The notes under the pieces are model-generated. The model was not told the origin of the DNA, searched no databases, and saw only the letters and a list, made by a program, of their open reading frames with translations. Positions 37,784 to 48,638 of a stretch of 64,000 nt of DNA are shown here, piece after piece (position 1 is the stretch's first letter; each line of letters begins with the position of its first letter). Location: assembly GCA_036679645.1 (NCBI GenBank), contig JAZDCY010000004.1, forward strand, positions 31,733-95,732. Reading direction: 5' to 3'. The stretch comes from Gemmatimonadota bacterium (lineage in GTDB: Bacteria > Gemmatimonadota > Gemmatimonadetes > Gemmatimonadales > GWC2-71-9). The translations under genes were made by a program, and so were the position numbers.

Positions 37784-40066
37784 ATGGCACGAAAGAAAAG
37801 CACGCTACTCGTAGTGGAGTCACCCACCAAGGCAAAGACGGTGGGGAAGTATCTCAAGGACCTCGGCGCCGAGTTCAAGGGCTTCACCGTCAAGGCCACG
37901 GTGGGGCATATCCGCGATCTCCCCCAGCGCGAGTTGGGCGTCGATGTCGAGAACGACTTCACGCCGAAGTACGTCACGATTCGCGGCAAGGGGAAGACGC
38001 TGGCGGAGTTGAAGAAAGCGGCGAAGACGGCCAGCGCCGTGTACCTGGCGACGGACCCCGATCGCGAAGGGGAGGCCATTGCATGGCACGTCGCGTCCCA
38101 ACTCGGCGATGGACAGGACGTGCGGCGGGTGCTGCTACACGAGATCACCAAGGACGCCGTTCGTGATGCCATCGCCCGGCCCGGCAGGATCGACGACCGG
38201 AAGGTCGAAGCTCAGCAGGCGCGCCGCATCCTCGATCGGCTCGTTGGCTACAAGACGAGCCCAATCTTGTGGAAATCGGTCAAGACCGGGCTGTCGGCTG
38301 GCCGCGTGCAAACCGTCGCGCTCCGGATGATCGTCGAGCGGGAACGCGAGATACGCGCGTTCAAACCCAAGGAATACTGGACCATCGAAGTCGATCTCGA
38401 GGCGAAGCGCAAGAAGTTCCAGGCGAAGCTCCACAAAGTGAGCGGCAAGAAGCCGGACCTGCCGTCAGAGGCAAAGGCGGACCAGGTCGTCAAGGCGGTG
38501 CAGGGCAAGCCGTTTGTCGTATCGGCGGTGACGCGTCGCAAGCGTCGGAAGAACCCATCGCCTCCGTTCACGACGAGCACGTTGCAACAGGAGGCCGCCA
38601 AGCAGCTCGGGTTCTCCGCGCAGCGCACCATGCGGGTGGCACAACAACTCTATGAAGGCATCGAGGTCGGGTCGGAGGGTGCGGTTGGGCTGATCACGTA
38701 CATGCGGACAGACTCGACCCGCGTGGCGCCGGTAGCGCTCGACGCGGTGCGCAGCTTCATCGAGGAGCACTACGAGGCTGACTACCTCCCGGCAAAAGCA
38801 AATGTCTACGCCAACAAGAAAGGGGCGCGTGCGCAGGATGCGCACGAGGCAGTACGGCCGTCCGACGTGGTCCGCCGGGCGGAGGGCATCAAGAAGCACC
38901 TGAGTGCGGATCAGTTCAAACTGTACCAGCTCATCTGGCGGCGTTTCGTGGCGTCACAGATGATGCCCGCGGTGTACGATACGACGACGATCGATTTCGA
39001 GATCGGCAAGTACCTGTTCCGTGCAACCGGGTCGATCGTCCTCTTCGACGGGTATCACACGGTGTATCACGAGGTGCGCGAGGCGGAAGACCCGCAGACC
39101 CTCGAGGACCTTAGGCCGGTTCCGTCGATTGCCAAGGGGGACGAGGCCAAGGTCAAGGCGATCACGCCCTCGCAACACTTTACCGATCCGCCGCCGCGTT
39201 TCAGCGAGGCGAGTCTCGTCAAGGAGCTCGAGAAGCTGGGTATCGGTCGTCCCAGCACCTACGCGTCGATCATCTCTACACTGCGTCAGCGCGACTATGT
39301 GACCGTGGAGAAGCGCCGCTTCACGTCGACGGAGCTGGGAGAAACGGTCGAGCAGGTGATGGTGAGCTGTTTCCCGGACATCTTCAACGTGCAGTTCACC
39401 TCGGAGATGGAGACCGAACTCGACAAGGTGGAGGAGGGAGATCTCGGGTGGAAACAGGTCCTGCGGAACTTCTATCAGCCCTTCGAGAAGGCGCTCAGCG
39501 GGATCGACCCGGCCGAGTTGGCAAAGAAGGTGCACAAGATAGAGTCGAAGGATCTCGGACCGTGTCCCGAATGCGGCGAGGAATTGCACGTGAGGAGCGG
39601 ACGGTTCGGACCGTTCATTGCCTGCACCAAGTACCCGGAATGCCGCTACACGAAGCCGCTCAAGCGGGACAAGGTGCCCGACAAGCCGACGGACGAGATC
39701 TGTAAGGAATGTGGGTCCCCCATGGTCATAAAGACCGGCCGGTACGGCGAGTTTCTGGCGTGCACGCAGTATCCCAAGTGCAAGCACACGCGGCCCGTCC
39801 CCATGGGCATCAAGTGCCCAACCTGTAAGGAGGGCGAGCTCGTCGAGCGCCGGACGCGGCGTGGGAAGTCGTTCTACGGGTGCCTGCGGTATCCCGAGTG
39901 CGAGTTCTCCACGTGGTTTCGCCCGGTGCCCACCGAGTGTCCATCGTGTGGCTTCGCCGGCGCGGAGCGGCGGTCCACCAAGGCAAAGGGTGAGTTCCGC
40001 CGGTGTCTGAAGTGCGGGAACGAATTCGCCGCGGAGGAGGAGACGCCGGCCGCGGCTGCCGGGTGA
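37784..40066 (+). CDS. topA: DNA topoisomerase I
   Basis: VESPTK, ATDPDREGE, SAGRVQ, ITYMRTD, GIGRPSTY and C-terminal C4 zinc ribbons. Confidence 0.98.
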   Translation: MARKKSTLLVVESPTKAKTVGKYLKDLGAEFKGFTVKATVGHIRDLPQRELGVDVENDFTPKYVTIRGKGKTLAELKKAAKTASAVYLATDPDREGEAIAWHVASQLGDGQDVRRVLLHEITKDAVRDAIARPGRIDDRKVEAQQARRILDRLVGYKTSPILWKSVKTGLSAGRVQTVALRMIVEREREIRAFKPKEYWTIEVDLEAKRKKFQAKLHKVSGKKPDLPSEAKADQVVKAVQGKPFVVSAVTRRKRRKNPSPPFTTSTLQQEAAKQLGFSAQRTMRVAQQLYEGIEVGSEGAVGLITYMRTDSTRVAPVALDAVRSFIEEHYEADYLPAKANVYANKKGARAQDAHEAVRPSDVVRRAEGIKKHLSADQFKLYQLIWRRFVASQMMPAVYDTTTIDFEIGKYLFRATGSIVLFDGYHTVYHEVREAEDPQTLEDLRPVPSIAKGDEAKVKAITPSQHFTDPPPRFSEASLVKELEKLGIGRPSTYASIISTLRQRDYVTVEKRRFTSTELGETVEQVMVSCFPDIFNVQFTSEMETELDKVEEGDLGWKQVLRNFYQPFEKALSGIDPAELAKKVHKIESKDLGPCPECGEELHVRSGRFGPFIACTKYPECRYTKPLKRDKVPDKPTDEICKECGSPMVIKTGRYGEFLACTQYPKCKHTRPVPMGIKCPTCKEGELVERRTRRGKSFYGCLRYPECEFSTWFRPVPTECPSCGFAGAERRSTKAKGEFRRCLKCGNEFAAEEETPAAAAG

Positions 40067-41376
40067 CGATCGCGGTCATCGGCGGCGGCCTGGCGGGGTG
40101 CGAGGCCGCGTGGGCGCTGGCGGAGCGGGGCCTCAATGTGGAACTCCGCGAAATGCGCCCCGTGGTGCGGACGCCCGCCCACCAGACGGACCGGCTCGCC
40201 GAGATCGTCTGCAGCAACACTTTCAAGTCCATAGAACTCACGAACGCGCACGGGCTCCTTAAGGCGGAGCTCCGACTGCTCGGCAGCTTGCTGCTCGAGG
40301 TGGCGGAGGGTGCGCGTGTGCCGGGTGGGTCGGCGCTGGCGGTTGATCGCGATGTCTTCAGCCGCGACGTCACGTCACGTATCGTCGAACATCCCCTTAT
40401 TAGAGTCGTACGCGAGGAAACGACGACGCTACCGTCACCGGGAATCGTCGCGACGGGTCCGTTGACCTCCGATGTCCTGGCCCGGGCCATAGCCGCGCGA
40501 CTGGGGCGTACGTCGCTGGCGTTCTTCGATGCCATCGCCCCCATCGTCAGCGCGGAGTCGTTGAATCATGAGGAGCTGTATCGAGCCTCTCGGTACGGCA
40601 AGGGCGGCGGGGACGATTACCTAAATGCGCCACTCGATGCCGCTGCCTACGTGGCATTTGTCGAGGCGCTGCGGTCGGGAGATCAGTTCGAGCCGCCTGA
40701 TTTCGATGCGGTGCCGTACTTCGAGGGCTGTCTACCAATCGAGGAGATCGCCGCGCGTGGCGCGGAATCGCTGCGTTTTGGGCCCATGAAGCCCGTCGGT
40801 TTGCCGCATCCGCGGACGGGCCGGATCCCGCACGCAGTGGTGCAGCTGCGTCAGGAGGACCGTGCCGGTCAGATGTGGAATCTCGTCGGTTTCCAAACGC
40901 GGCTGCGGATTCCCGAGCAGCGCCGGATCTTCCGATCGCTTCCGGGGCTGCGCGACGCCGAGTTCTTGCGCTGGGGCAGCATCCATCGCAATACGTACGT
41001 GAATACTCCGGCGTCGCTCACGGCACACCTGTCGGCGCCTGACGATGAGCGACTCATCTTCGCTGGCCAACTAGTCGGCGTAGAGGGGTATACCGAGTCG
41101 CTTGGCACAGGTATTCTGGCGGGCATCAACATGGCGCGCGTCGTGAGCGGTCTTGCGCCGTGCCTGCCGCCGGTGGAGACCATGCTCGGGGCGTTACTGC
41201 GATACGTGCACACGACGGATCCGGCACGCTTCCAACCAATGAACGCGAACTTCGGGCTGCTCCCGGTTCTGCCACAACGCGTGCGGGACAAGAGGCGGAA
41301 GCGAGAGCTTCTGGCAGAGCGGGCGCTGGACGCCATGCGAGCGTTTGCGGAGAGCCTTGTGTCTCAGCCAGCATGA
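40063..41376 (+). CDS. trmFO: Folate-dependent tRNA m5U54 methyltransferase TrmFO
   Basis: GGGLAGCEAA, EIVCSN, FEGCLPIE, GPMKPVG, VGFQT, HRNTY, GVEGY. Confidence 0.95.
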   Translation: MTIAVIGGGLAGCEAAWALAERGLNVELREMRPVVRTPAHQTDRLAEIVCSNTFKSIELTNAHGLLKAELRLLGSLLLEVAEGARVPGGSALAVDRDVFSRDVTSRIVEHPLIRVVREETTTLPSPGIVATGPLTSDVLARAIAARLGRTSLAFFDAIAPIVSAESLNHEELYRASRYGKGGGDDYLNAPLDAAAYVAFVEALRSGDQFEPPDFDAVPYFEGCLPIEEIAARGAESLRFGPMKPVGLPHPRTGRIPHAVVQLRQEDRAGQMWNLVGFQTRLRIPEQRRIFRSLPGLRDAEFLRWGSIHRNTYVNTPASLTAHLSAPDDERLIFAGQLVGVEGYTESLGTGILAGINMARVVSGLAPCLPPVETMLGALLRYVHTTDPARFQPMNANFGLLPVLPQRVRDKRRKRELLAERALDAMRAFAESLVSQPA

Positions 41377-42314
41377 AGGGTCGACGGCGCGACGGTCGGG
41401 TCGAGATCGAGGAGTTTGTTGTCTTTCTCGAGAAAGAGCGCAACGACTCGCCCAATACGGTCAGCGCCTACGCCCGTGACCTGGAGCGTTTTCGCGGCTT
41501 CGCGGAAGAGTACTACGGTGGCGTGGGAAGCTGGTCTTGGAGCACCGTGGACCGCCTAGCCGTGCGTGGCTTCATGGGCTCGCTGACCAGGTGCGGACTC
41601 TCCAAGCGCACCGTTGCCCGAGCCGTATCGGCGCTGCGCACTTTCTATCGGTTCCTGAGCGATCGCCATGGCATCGAGGCGAATCCGGCGAAGAGCATCC
41701 GTCTGCCCAAGGCGGATCGCCGGCTCCCCGCGGTGCTCAGCCGGGGCGAGGTCGACGAGATGTTCCAGTTGGCCGAAGCGGCGGCGCAACGCGGCGGCTT
41801 CCGCCCCCGGCGCGATCTCGCCATCCTCGAGCTCTTCTACGGGACGGGCATGCGGCTCGCGGAACTGTCCGTGCTCAATACGGGAGATGTCGACGTCGTG
41901 TCCGATCAGGTGAAAGTGCGGGGAAAGGGGCGCAAAGAGCGGATTCTCCCGCTAGGGAGTTTTGCGGCTCGCGCGCTGCGGCGCTACCGCCGAGAGCGAG
42001 ATCGGTTCCTCGATTTGCTGCCCCGGCAGGGTGATGGACGGGCGCTCTTTCTGTCACGCTCGGGCCGGCGCCTGTCCCCCCGGGGGGTCCAGCGGGTGGT
42101 GCGCGCGTTCCTCCGCACACTCGACCAGCGGGCCGGCCTACGCGTGCACACGCTCCGGCATACATTCGCGACCCATCTCCTGGACGGAGGTGCGGATCTG
42201 CGGGCGGTGCAGGAACTGCTGGGACACAGTTCGCTGAGTACCACGCAAGTGTATACTCATACGAGCGTGGAGCGGTTGAAGAAGGTGTATCATCAGGCGC
42301 ATCCGCGCGCGTAA
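41373..42314 (+). CDS. xerC: Tyrosine recombinase XerC
   Basis: TGMR, GKG.KER, HTLRHTFATHLL, QELLGH, TTQVYT. Chromosomal topA-trmFO-xerC-hslVU synteny. Confidence 0.9.
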   Translation: MKGRRRDGRVEIEEFVVFLEKERNDSPNTVSAYARDLERFRGFAEEYYGGVGSWSWSTVDRLAVRGFMGSLTRCGLSKRTVARAVSALRTFYRFLSDRHGIEANPAKSIRLPKADRRLPAVLSRGEVDEMFQLAEAAAQRGGFRPRRDLAILELFYGTGMRLAELSVLNTGDVDVVSDQVKVRGKGRKERILPLGSFAARALRRYRRERDRFLDLLPRQGDGRALFLSRSGRRLSPRGVQRVVRAFLRTLDQRAGLRVHTLRHTFATHLLDGGADLRAVQELLGHSSLSTTQVYTHTSVERLKKVYHQAHPRA

Positions 42315-42395
42315 GTGCGGATGCTGGTCAATTGATCTCGAGTACTACGGTGAGCCAGGGGCCCCGGTGCGGGTTCCCGGAAGGGGTACGGTGCG

Positions 42396-42938
42396 ATGGA
42401 GACTGTTCGGGCCACAACCATCCTGTGCGTGCGCAAGGGCAGCGCAGTCGTCATGGGTGGCGACGGTCAAGTGACGGTTGGCGAGACGATCATGAAGGCG
42501 CATGCCAAGAAGGTCCGCGTGATCGGCGGTGGGCGAGTTCTCGCCGGTTTTGCCGGCGCAGCAGCGGACGCGTTCACGCTCTTCGAGAAATTCGAGGAGA
42601 AACTGGAACGGTTTCCGGCAAACCTGCCTCGGGCGTCCGTAGAGTTGGCCAAGGACTGGCGCAGCGATCGCGTGCTGCGACGCCTCGAGGCGCTTCTGGC
42701 GGTGGCGGACCAGTCACACGCGTTCGTCCTTTCCGGATCGGGTGAGTTGATCGAACCCGACGATGGCCTGCTGGCGATCGGGAGTGGGGGCGACTACGCG
42801 CTGGCGGCCGCGCGGGCTCTTGTGGGCACCGATCTAACCGCACGGGAGGTCGTCGAGCGGAGTCTCGAGATTGCCGCTGGGATATGTGTGTACACTAACG
42901 ACAACGTGTCAATTCTCGAACTGGGCGCGACGCCATGA
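42396..42938 (+). CDS. hslV: HslV protease subunit
   Basis: ATTIL, GDGQVT, GFAG, IGSGG, ICVYTN. Confidence 0.96.
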   Translation: METVRATTILCVRKGSAVVMGGDGQVTVGETIMKAHAKKVRVIGGGRVLAGFAGAAADAFTLFEKFEEKLERFPANLPRASVELAKDWRSDRVLRRLEALLAVADQSHAFVLSGSGELIEPDDGLLAIGSGGDYALAAARALVGTDLTAREVVERSLEIAAGICVYTNDNVSILELGATP

Positions 42939-44467
42939 CCGATCCATCCACCCCCGTCGAGCAGCCGGACGCCGAGCGTCCTGCCGAGCCGGCGCCGTGG
43001 CTCGAGGAGCTTCCGCCGCGTAAGATCGTGGCGGAGTTGGACCGGTATATAGTGGGCCAGGATCCCGCCAAACGCGCGGTAGCGATCGCGGTGCGCAACC
43101 GGTGGCGCCGACAGCAGGCCCCCGAGGATATCCGCGACGAGATCGCCCCGAACAACATCATCATGATCGGCCCGACCGGCGTCGGAAAAACGGAGATCGC
43201 TCGTCGCCTCTCCCGCCTGGCGGGTGCGCCGTTCATCAAGGTCGAGGCGTCGAAGTTTACCGAGGTCGGTTACGTCGGGCGGGACGTAGAGTCGATGATC
43301 CGTGATCTGGTCGATGTCGCCATCAACATGGTGCGGAATGAGCGTGAGGACGAGCTGTTCCCGACGGCGGAGGAGCGGGCGGAGAAACGATTGCTCGATC
43401 TCCTGTTACCCCCAAATCCAGCGGCTCCGACGGCCGCGCCAACGCGTGCTCCGATCGCGGACGCCGCCGCAGCGGAAACGGGTGCGAGTGACACGGGAGC
43501 CGCCGCCAGGCTGTTTGTCGTCTCGCCCGACGGTGAGACATCGACCGACGATGTGCCGGGTGACGAGACTGAGGAGGCACGGCGTAGGCGCACGATCGAG
43601 AAACTGCGCGCATTGCTTCGTGACGGGAAGTTGGAGGACCGGGAGGTTGAGGTCGAGGTCCAGCAGCAGAATCTCCCTCTGCTCGACATGATGCAACCGC
43701 CCCCTGGGATGGAGGGTCCCGACATCAACTTCACCGAGATGCTCCAGGAGATGTTGCCAAAGCGAACGAAGCGGCGGCAGGTGCGGCTCAGCGAAGCCCG
43801 GCGCATCCTCGTCGATGAGGCACTTCGCAAACTCGTCGATATGGACGATGTCGTGAACGAATCTCTCGATCGCGTCGAGAATCACGGTATCGTTTTCATC
43901 GACGAACTCGACAAGGTCGCGGGTGAGCGCAACCAGGCGGGTCCCGATGTATCGCGCGAAGGGGTGCAGCGAGATCTGTTGCCGATCGTCGAGGGATCGA
44001 CGGTGCAAACACGATATGGGTACGTTCGCACGGATCATATCCTGTTCGTGGCCGCTGGTGCGTTCCACGCTGCCAAACCGTCGGATCTCATTCCGGAGCT
44101 GCAGGGGCGCTTCCCCATTCGCGTCGAGCTGGCGCCGCTTACGGAAGACGACTTCGTTCGCATCATGACTGAGCCGGAAAACGCGCTCACCAAACAGTAT
44201 CAGGCTCTGTGTGCCGCCGAAGGCGCAACATTGGAGTTTCCCGAAGACGGCGTCCGCGAGATCGCGCGCATCGCCACACAACTCAACGGCAACCTGGAGA
44301 ACATCGGCGCCCGCCGATTGCACACTGTGATGTCGACGCTGCTCGAAGACCTGCTGTTCGATCTGCCGGATGTGCAGGACAAGCACGTGGTGTTCGATGC
44401 ACCCACGGTGCAGGCGCGACTGCGACGCATCCTCGAGGACGAGGACCTGCAGAAATACATCCTCTAG
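42935..44467 (+). CDS. hslU: HslU ATPase subunit
   Basis: [39 protein letters not shown]. Confidence 0.97.
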   Translation: MTDPSTPVEQPDAERPAEPAPWLEELPPRKIVAELDRYIVGQDPAKRAVAIAVRNRWRRQQAPEDIRDEIAPNNIIMIGPTGVGKTEIARRLSRLAGAPFIKVEASKFTEVGYVGRDVESMIRDLVDVAINMVRNEREDELFPTAEERAEKRLLDLLLPPNPAAPTAAPTRAPIADAAAAETGASDTGAAARLFVVSPDGETSTDDVPGDETEEARRRRTIEKLRALLRDGKLEDREVEVEVQQQNLPLLDMMQPPPGMEGPDINFTEMLQEMLPKRTKRRQVRLSEARRILVDEALRKLVDMDDVVNESLDRVENHGIVFIDELDKVAGERNQAGPDVSREGVQRDLLPIVEGSTVQTRYGYVRTDHILFVAAGAFHAAKPSDLIPELQGRFPIRVELAPLTEDDFVRIMTEPENALTKQYQALCAAEGATLEFPEDGVREIARIATQLNGNLENIGARRLHTVMSTLLEDLLFDLPDVQDKHVVFDAPTVQARLRRILEDEDLQKYIL

Positions 44468-44490
44468 CAGCTCCCCTCGGCGCCCTCGCC

Positions 44491-44519
44491 TTTACAGACG
44501 GCCGCCGGGTCGGTAGGAT
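44491..44519 (+). promoter_or_regulatory. Putative sigma70 promoter for argF
   Basis: TTTACA-17 nt-TAGGAT. Confidence 0.5.
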
Positions 44520-44561
44520 TCTCGGTCCAATCCTGTCATTATGGCTCATAACCCGCCAGAT

Positions 44562-45461
44562 ATGCCGAAACGAGACTATCTAGCATTCGACGATCTTTCC
44601 CGCGCGGAGATCCTGGCGCTCTACGATCTCGCCGCTCGCATCAAGCGTGAGGAATACGACGTGCGCCCTTTGGAGGGCAAGACGCTCGGGATGATCTTCA
44701 CCAAGAGCAGCACGCGGACGCGCGTCTCTTTCGAGGTGGGGGCGTTCCATCTCGGGGGGCATGCTCTGTTTCTCTCGTCGCGCGACATTCAGCTTGGGCG
44801 CGGCGAGCCGATCGCGGACACTGCGCGCGTGCTGTCACGTTACGTCGACGGCATCATGATCCGGACCTTCGAGCACGCTGAGGTCGAGGCGCTGGCGCAA
44901 TACGCCACGATCCCGGTGATCAACGGACTCACGGACCTGCGACACCCGTGTCAGGTTCTCGCGGATCTGTTCACCGTGCAAGAGGCACTGGGTGGTTGGG
45001 AGGGACGGGTCGTCGCTTGGGTCGGCGACGGGAACAACATGGCGAACTCGTGGCTCACCGCGGCTGCCGCACTCGGATTCGAGTTACGCCTGGCCTGCCC
45101 CGAGGGATACGAGCCGGACGCGGACATTCTTGCCCGGGCCAAGGATCGGACCACTGTCATGCTGACACAGGATCTCCGCGAGGCGACACGCGGTGCGCAC
45201 GTCGTCACCACCGATGTGTGGGCGTCGATGGGACAGGAAGGGGAGGCCGACCGCCGGACGGCCGCGTTTGCCGGGTACCAGGTGACGTCGGAACTGATGG
45301 CCCTTGCCGATGCCTCGGCCATCTTCCTGCACTGTCTTCCCGCCCATCGTGGGGAAGAGGTTGCGGCGACGGTCATCGACGGGCCACAGTCACGCGTGTT
45401 CGATGAGGCGGAAAACCGACTGCACGTTCAGAAGGCGCTCATGGCGACTCTGATGGGATAG
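44562..45461 (+). CDS. argF: Ornithine carbamoyltransferase
   Basis: SSTRT, HPCQ, GDGNN, DVWASMG, HCLP, EAENR. Start is 44562 or 44541. Confidence 0.96.
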   Translation: MPKRDYLAFDDLSRAEILALYDLAARIKREEYDVRPLEGKTLGMIFTKSSTRTRVSFEVGAFHLGGHALFLSSRDIQLGRGEPIADTARVLSRYVDGIMIRTFEHAEVEALAQYATIPVINGLTDLRHPCQVLADLFTVQEALGGWEGRVVAWVGDGNNMANSWLTAAAALGFELRLACPEGYEPDADILARAKDRTTVMLTQDLREATRGAHVVTTDVWASMGQEGEADRRTAAFAGYQVTSELMALADASAIFLHCLPAHRGEEVAATVIDGPQSRVFDEAENRLHVQKALMATLMG

Positions 45462-45520
45462 TGCGCGGTAAGCGGTACGCGGGAGTACATCTGCTGACCC
45501 GCTCACTGCTCACGGCGTAC
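45461..45520. repeat. Imperfect inverted repeat of 7-nt periodic units
   Basis: GTGCGCGGTAAGCGGTACGCGGG ... CCCGCTCACTGCTCACGGCGTAC. Confidence 0.55.
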
Positions 45521-45536
45521 GCCAGGGAGTTGGCGA

Positions 45537-46637
45537 ATGACTGATGATCTACAGCGAACACCGTTTCACGATCTCCACATAGCGGCAGGTGCCAAGATGG
45601 TACCCTTCGCCGGTTTCGCGATGCCGCTCCAATACACGACGGGAATACGGCGTGAACACGAGGCGGTGCGCACCTCTGTTGGTGTGTTCGACGTGTCTCA
45701 TATGGGCGAATTCGAGATCACCGGTCCCGACCGGAATGCCTTTGTGAATCGCCTCACGTGCAATGACGTGGGTGCTTTGGAAACAGGGCAGGCGCAGTAC
45801 TCGGCGCTGCTAAATGATCGCGGCACGTTCGTGGACGATTGCCTCGTCTATCGGTTCGCCGACAAGGTGATGATCGTCGTCAATGCCGCGAATCTCGCGA
45901 AGGATTGGGACCATGTCGTCTCTCATAAGGCGGGCAACGTCCGACTGAAGGACATCTCGGCAGATGTCACGCTGCTTGCGGTACAGGGACCGAAGACCCA
46001 GGAGGTGTTGCAGCCGCTCACGGGCACGGATCTGTCGGCGCTCCATTACTACCACTTCGACGTGGGCGCCGTCGCAGGTGTGGATTGTTTTATCTCGCGC
46101 ACGGGTTATACGGGTGAGGACGGATTCGAGTTGTACTTCCGGCCAAGACATGCAGAGACGGTATGGCGTGCCCTTGCCGGTGCCGGCGTTCCCCCCATTG
46201 GGCTCGGCGCGCGCGACTCGCTGCGTCTCGAAGCCGGCCTCGCGCTCTACGGCTCCGACATCGACGACACCGTGAACCCCTACGAGGCGCGCTTGGGCTG
46301 GATCGTCAAGCTCCAGAAAGGTGCCCCGTTTACCGGAAAAGCGGCGTTACAGAACGTCAAGGCGAACGGCCCGACCCGCAAGTTGGTCGGCTTCTCGTCT
46401 GAACAGAATGGCGTCATTCCGCGCCCGGGAATGGACATCTATCTCAAGGATCACAAGGTGGATGTTGTGCGGAGCGGAGGCTTCAGCCCCACACTTGGCA
46501 AGGGGATCGGAACGACCTATTTGCCGACGCATTCGGTCGATCCGGGGACGACGTTCCAGGTGGACATGCGTGGCAAGCGTGTGGACGTGCAGGTCGTGAA
46601 GCTGCCATTCTACCGCGGCAGTGTCAATCCACACTAG
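45537..46637 (+). CDS. gcvT: Glycine cleavage system T protein
   Basis: [36 protein letters not shown]. Confidence 0.96.
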   Translation: MTDDLQRTPFHDLHIAAGAKMVPFAGFAMPLQYTTGIRREHEAVRTSVGVFDVSHMGEFEITGPDRNAFVNRLTCNDVGALETGQAQYSALLNDRGTFVDDCLVYRFADKVMIVVNAANLAKDWDHVVSHKAGNVRLKDISADVTLLAVQGPKTQEVLQPLTGTDLSALHYYHFDVGAVAGVDCFISRTGYTGEDGFELYFRPRHAETVWRALAGAGVPPIGLGARDSLRLEAGLALYGSDIDDTVNPYEARLGWIVKLQKGAPFTGKAALQNVKANGPTRKLVGFSSEQNGVIPRPGMDIYLKDHKVDVVRSGGFSPTLGKGIGTTYLPTHSVDPGTTFQVDMRGKRVDVQVVKLPFYRGSVNPH

Positions 46638-46638
46638 G

Positions 46639-47124
46639 ATGCCGATTCGCGTTGCCGTGCTGACCGTTTCCGATCTCGGTGCCAGGGGCCAGCGAGCGGA
46701 CACATCTGGCGATGCTATCATCTCGTGGGTGGCTGGGCGCGGGTTCACCCTGGCCGCACGCGAAGTGGTAGCTGACGAGAGCGATCTCGTTGCGAGAACC
46801 CTGGCGGTGTGGGCGGACGACGGCGCCGCCGATCTCATCGTGACGACTGGTGGGACCGGTCTCGGGCCTCGCGATGTCACTCCGGAAGCCACGCGCGCCG
46901 TGATTGAGCGAGAGGCGCCCGGTATCGCGGAGGCAATCCGTGCAGCGAGCAGGGAATCGTTTCCCCGTAGCGCGTTGTCTCGTGGCTTGGCCGGCACGCG
47001 TGCGGCTGCGCTGATCGTGAATCTTCCCGGCAGTCCGTCTGGTGTGCGCGACGGGCTTACAGTGCTCGATCCGCTCGTCGAGCACGCCGTGCAGATTATC
47101 ACCGGCCAACCGACCGATCACTGA
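46639..47124 (+). CDS. mog: MogA/MoaB molybdopterin adenylyltransferase
   Basis: LTVSD, TTGGTGLGPRDVTPEA, SR, NLPGSP. Confidence 0.9.
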   Translation: MPIRVAVLTVSDLGARGQRADTSGDAIISWVAGRGFTLAAREVVADESDLVARTLAVWADDGAADLIVTTGGTGLGPRDVTPEATRAVIEREAPGIAEAIRAASRESFPRSALSRGLAGTRAAALIVNLPGSPSGVRDGLTVLDPLVEHAVQIITGQPTDH

Positions 47125-48638
47125 TGCCCGACCGCGTGTTGCTCACGATGGACGATCTCGAGGTGGCGGTGCCGCTCAACGCCGCGTTCGAGGCGGGGGG
47201 CTATGAGACGTCGCTGGTATCGTCGTTGGATGACGTGCGGAAGGCGCTTCGTGGGGCCGAACCGGATGTGGTTCTGCTCACCGGCGCACTCCACGAGCGG
47301 CCCGCGATGGAGTTGGTCGCTCTGGCGCAGCGTGACGCGATCTCTACGCTCGGGTTACTCGAGGCAACCGAAGGGAACCCATCGCACCTGGCGCGCGAAC
47401 TCGGGCTAACCGCCTGGATGCGCAAGCCGGCCGATCCGACGGAAGTTCTAGGGTTGGCGGCGCGACTCGTCGAGCGTCGCAAGCTCCAGGAACACACGGG
47501 GATTATTGGGGAGAGCCCGGCGCTTCAGCAGGTTCTAGTCAAAATCGAGCAGATGGCACCCGTGTCGAGTACCGTGCTCATCGAGGGCGAGTCCGGAACG
47601 GGAAAGGAGCTGGTCGCACAGGCGATACACGCGCTCTCGCCGCGGCGGGACAAGCCGTTCATCGCGGTGAGCTGCGCCGCGCTTCCGGAGTCGCTGCTAG
47701 AGTCGGAGGTCTTCGGGCACGAGAAGGGTGCGTTCACGGGCGCCGCGGAACGACGGCTCGGTCGCTTCGAGCTGGCGCACGGTGGGACGTTGTTGCTGGA
47801 CGAGGTCGGCGAGATGGCGCCGTCGCTTCAGGTCAAGCTGCTTCGTGTCTTGGAGAACAGGAGCTTCTTCCGCGTGGGCGGCGCACAGCCGATTCGGGTG
47901 GATGTGCGTGTAGTCGCCGCCACCAACAAGGGGCTGAAAGAAGCTGTTCTGGCAGGCGAGTTCCGGGACGACCTGTTCTACCGACTGAACGTGCTGTCCA
48001 TCTATCTGCCACCGCTGCGAGAGCGCAAGAGTGATATCCCCATCCTGGTGCGGCACTTCATCCGGGATCTCAACGCGGAACACGGTCGCTCGTTCAAGGG
48101 CATGACCGCCGAGGCGGTAGACATCCTCGTCAACGCGCATTGGCCGGGCAACGTACGCCAGTTGCGGAACCTCATCGAGTCCATGGTCGTCCTTGCGCCC
48201 GGTCGTGAGATTGGGGCGAGCGACATTCCGCACGACATTCGTGACGGCGGAACGCGCCTTCTGCCCATGCGCCTGCTCCCGGAAGCTTCGCAGGAGATCG
48301 CCGGCCGGGAGTTGGAGTTCATCTTCCGGAGTCTCGTCGAGCTCAAGGTCCAAGTCGAAGATCTCAGGCGGCGCATTGATGATGCACCGCATTCGGTCGG
48401 GGTGATCGACGTCGGTCGGGCGCCCCGATATCCGACTGCCGTCGAGATCGTTGCCGACGAGCCCGACCAATCCCGCGACGTCATCTACCACGACGGCATG
48501 ACGATGGCAGAGGTCGAGAAAGCTGCCATCGAGGCGGCGCTCAACGAGACGCGCGGCAATCGGCGTCGCGCGGCTGAGCGCCTCGATATCGGCGAGCGGA
48601 CGCTGTACCGCAAGATCAAGCAGTACGGGTTGGCGTAA
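47124..48638 (+). CDS. Sigma54-dependent activator with a degenerate receiver domain
   Basis: GESGTGKE, GAFTGA, WPGNVRQL and HTH. The N-terminal REC-like region lacks the acceptor Asp. Confidence 0.88.
   Translation: MPDRVLLTMDDLEVAVPLNAAFEAGGYETSLVSSLDDVRKALRGAEPDVVLLTGALHERPAMELVALAQRDAISTLGLLEATEGNPSHLARELGLTAWMRKPADPTEVLGLAARLVERRKLQEHTGIIGESPALQQVLVKIEQMAPVSSTVLIEGESGTGKELVAQAIHALSPRRDKPFIAVSCAALPESLLESEVFGHEKGAFTGAAERRLGRFELAHGGTLLLDEVGEMAPSLQVKLLRVLENRSFFRVGGAQPIRVDVRVVAATNKGLKEAVLAGEFRDDLFYRLNVLSIYLPPLRERKSDIPILVRHFIRDLNAEHGRSFKGMTAEAVDILVNAHWPGNVRQLRNLIESMVVLAPGREIGASDIPHDIRDGGTRLLPMRLLPEASQEIAGRELEFIFRSLVELKVQVEDLRRRIDDAPHSVGVIDVGRAPRYPTAVEIVADEPDQSRDVIYHDGMTMAEVEKAAIEAALNETRGNRRRAAERLDIGERTLYRKIKQYGLA

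Noticed and set aside
41373..42314. Phage or island integrase
   Set aside because: Sequence and topA-trmFO-hslVU context indicate housekeeping XerC. No att sites or cargo were seen.
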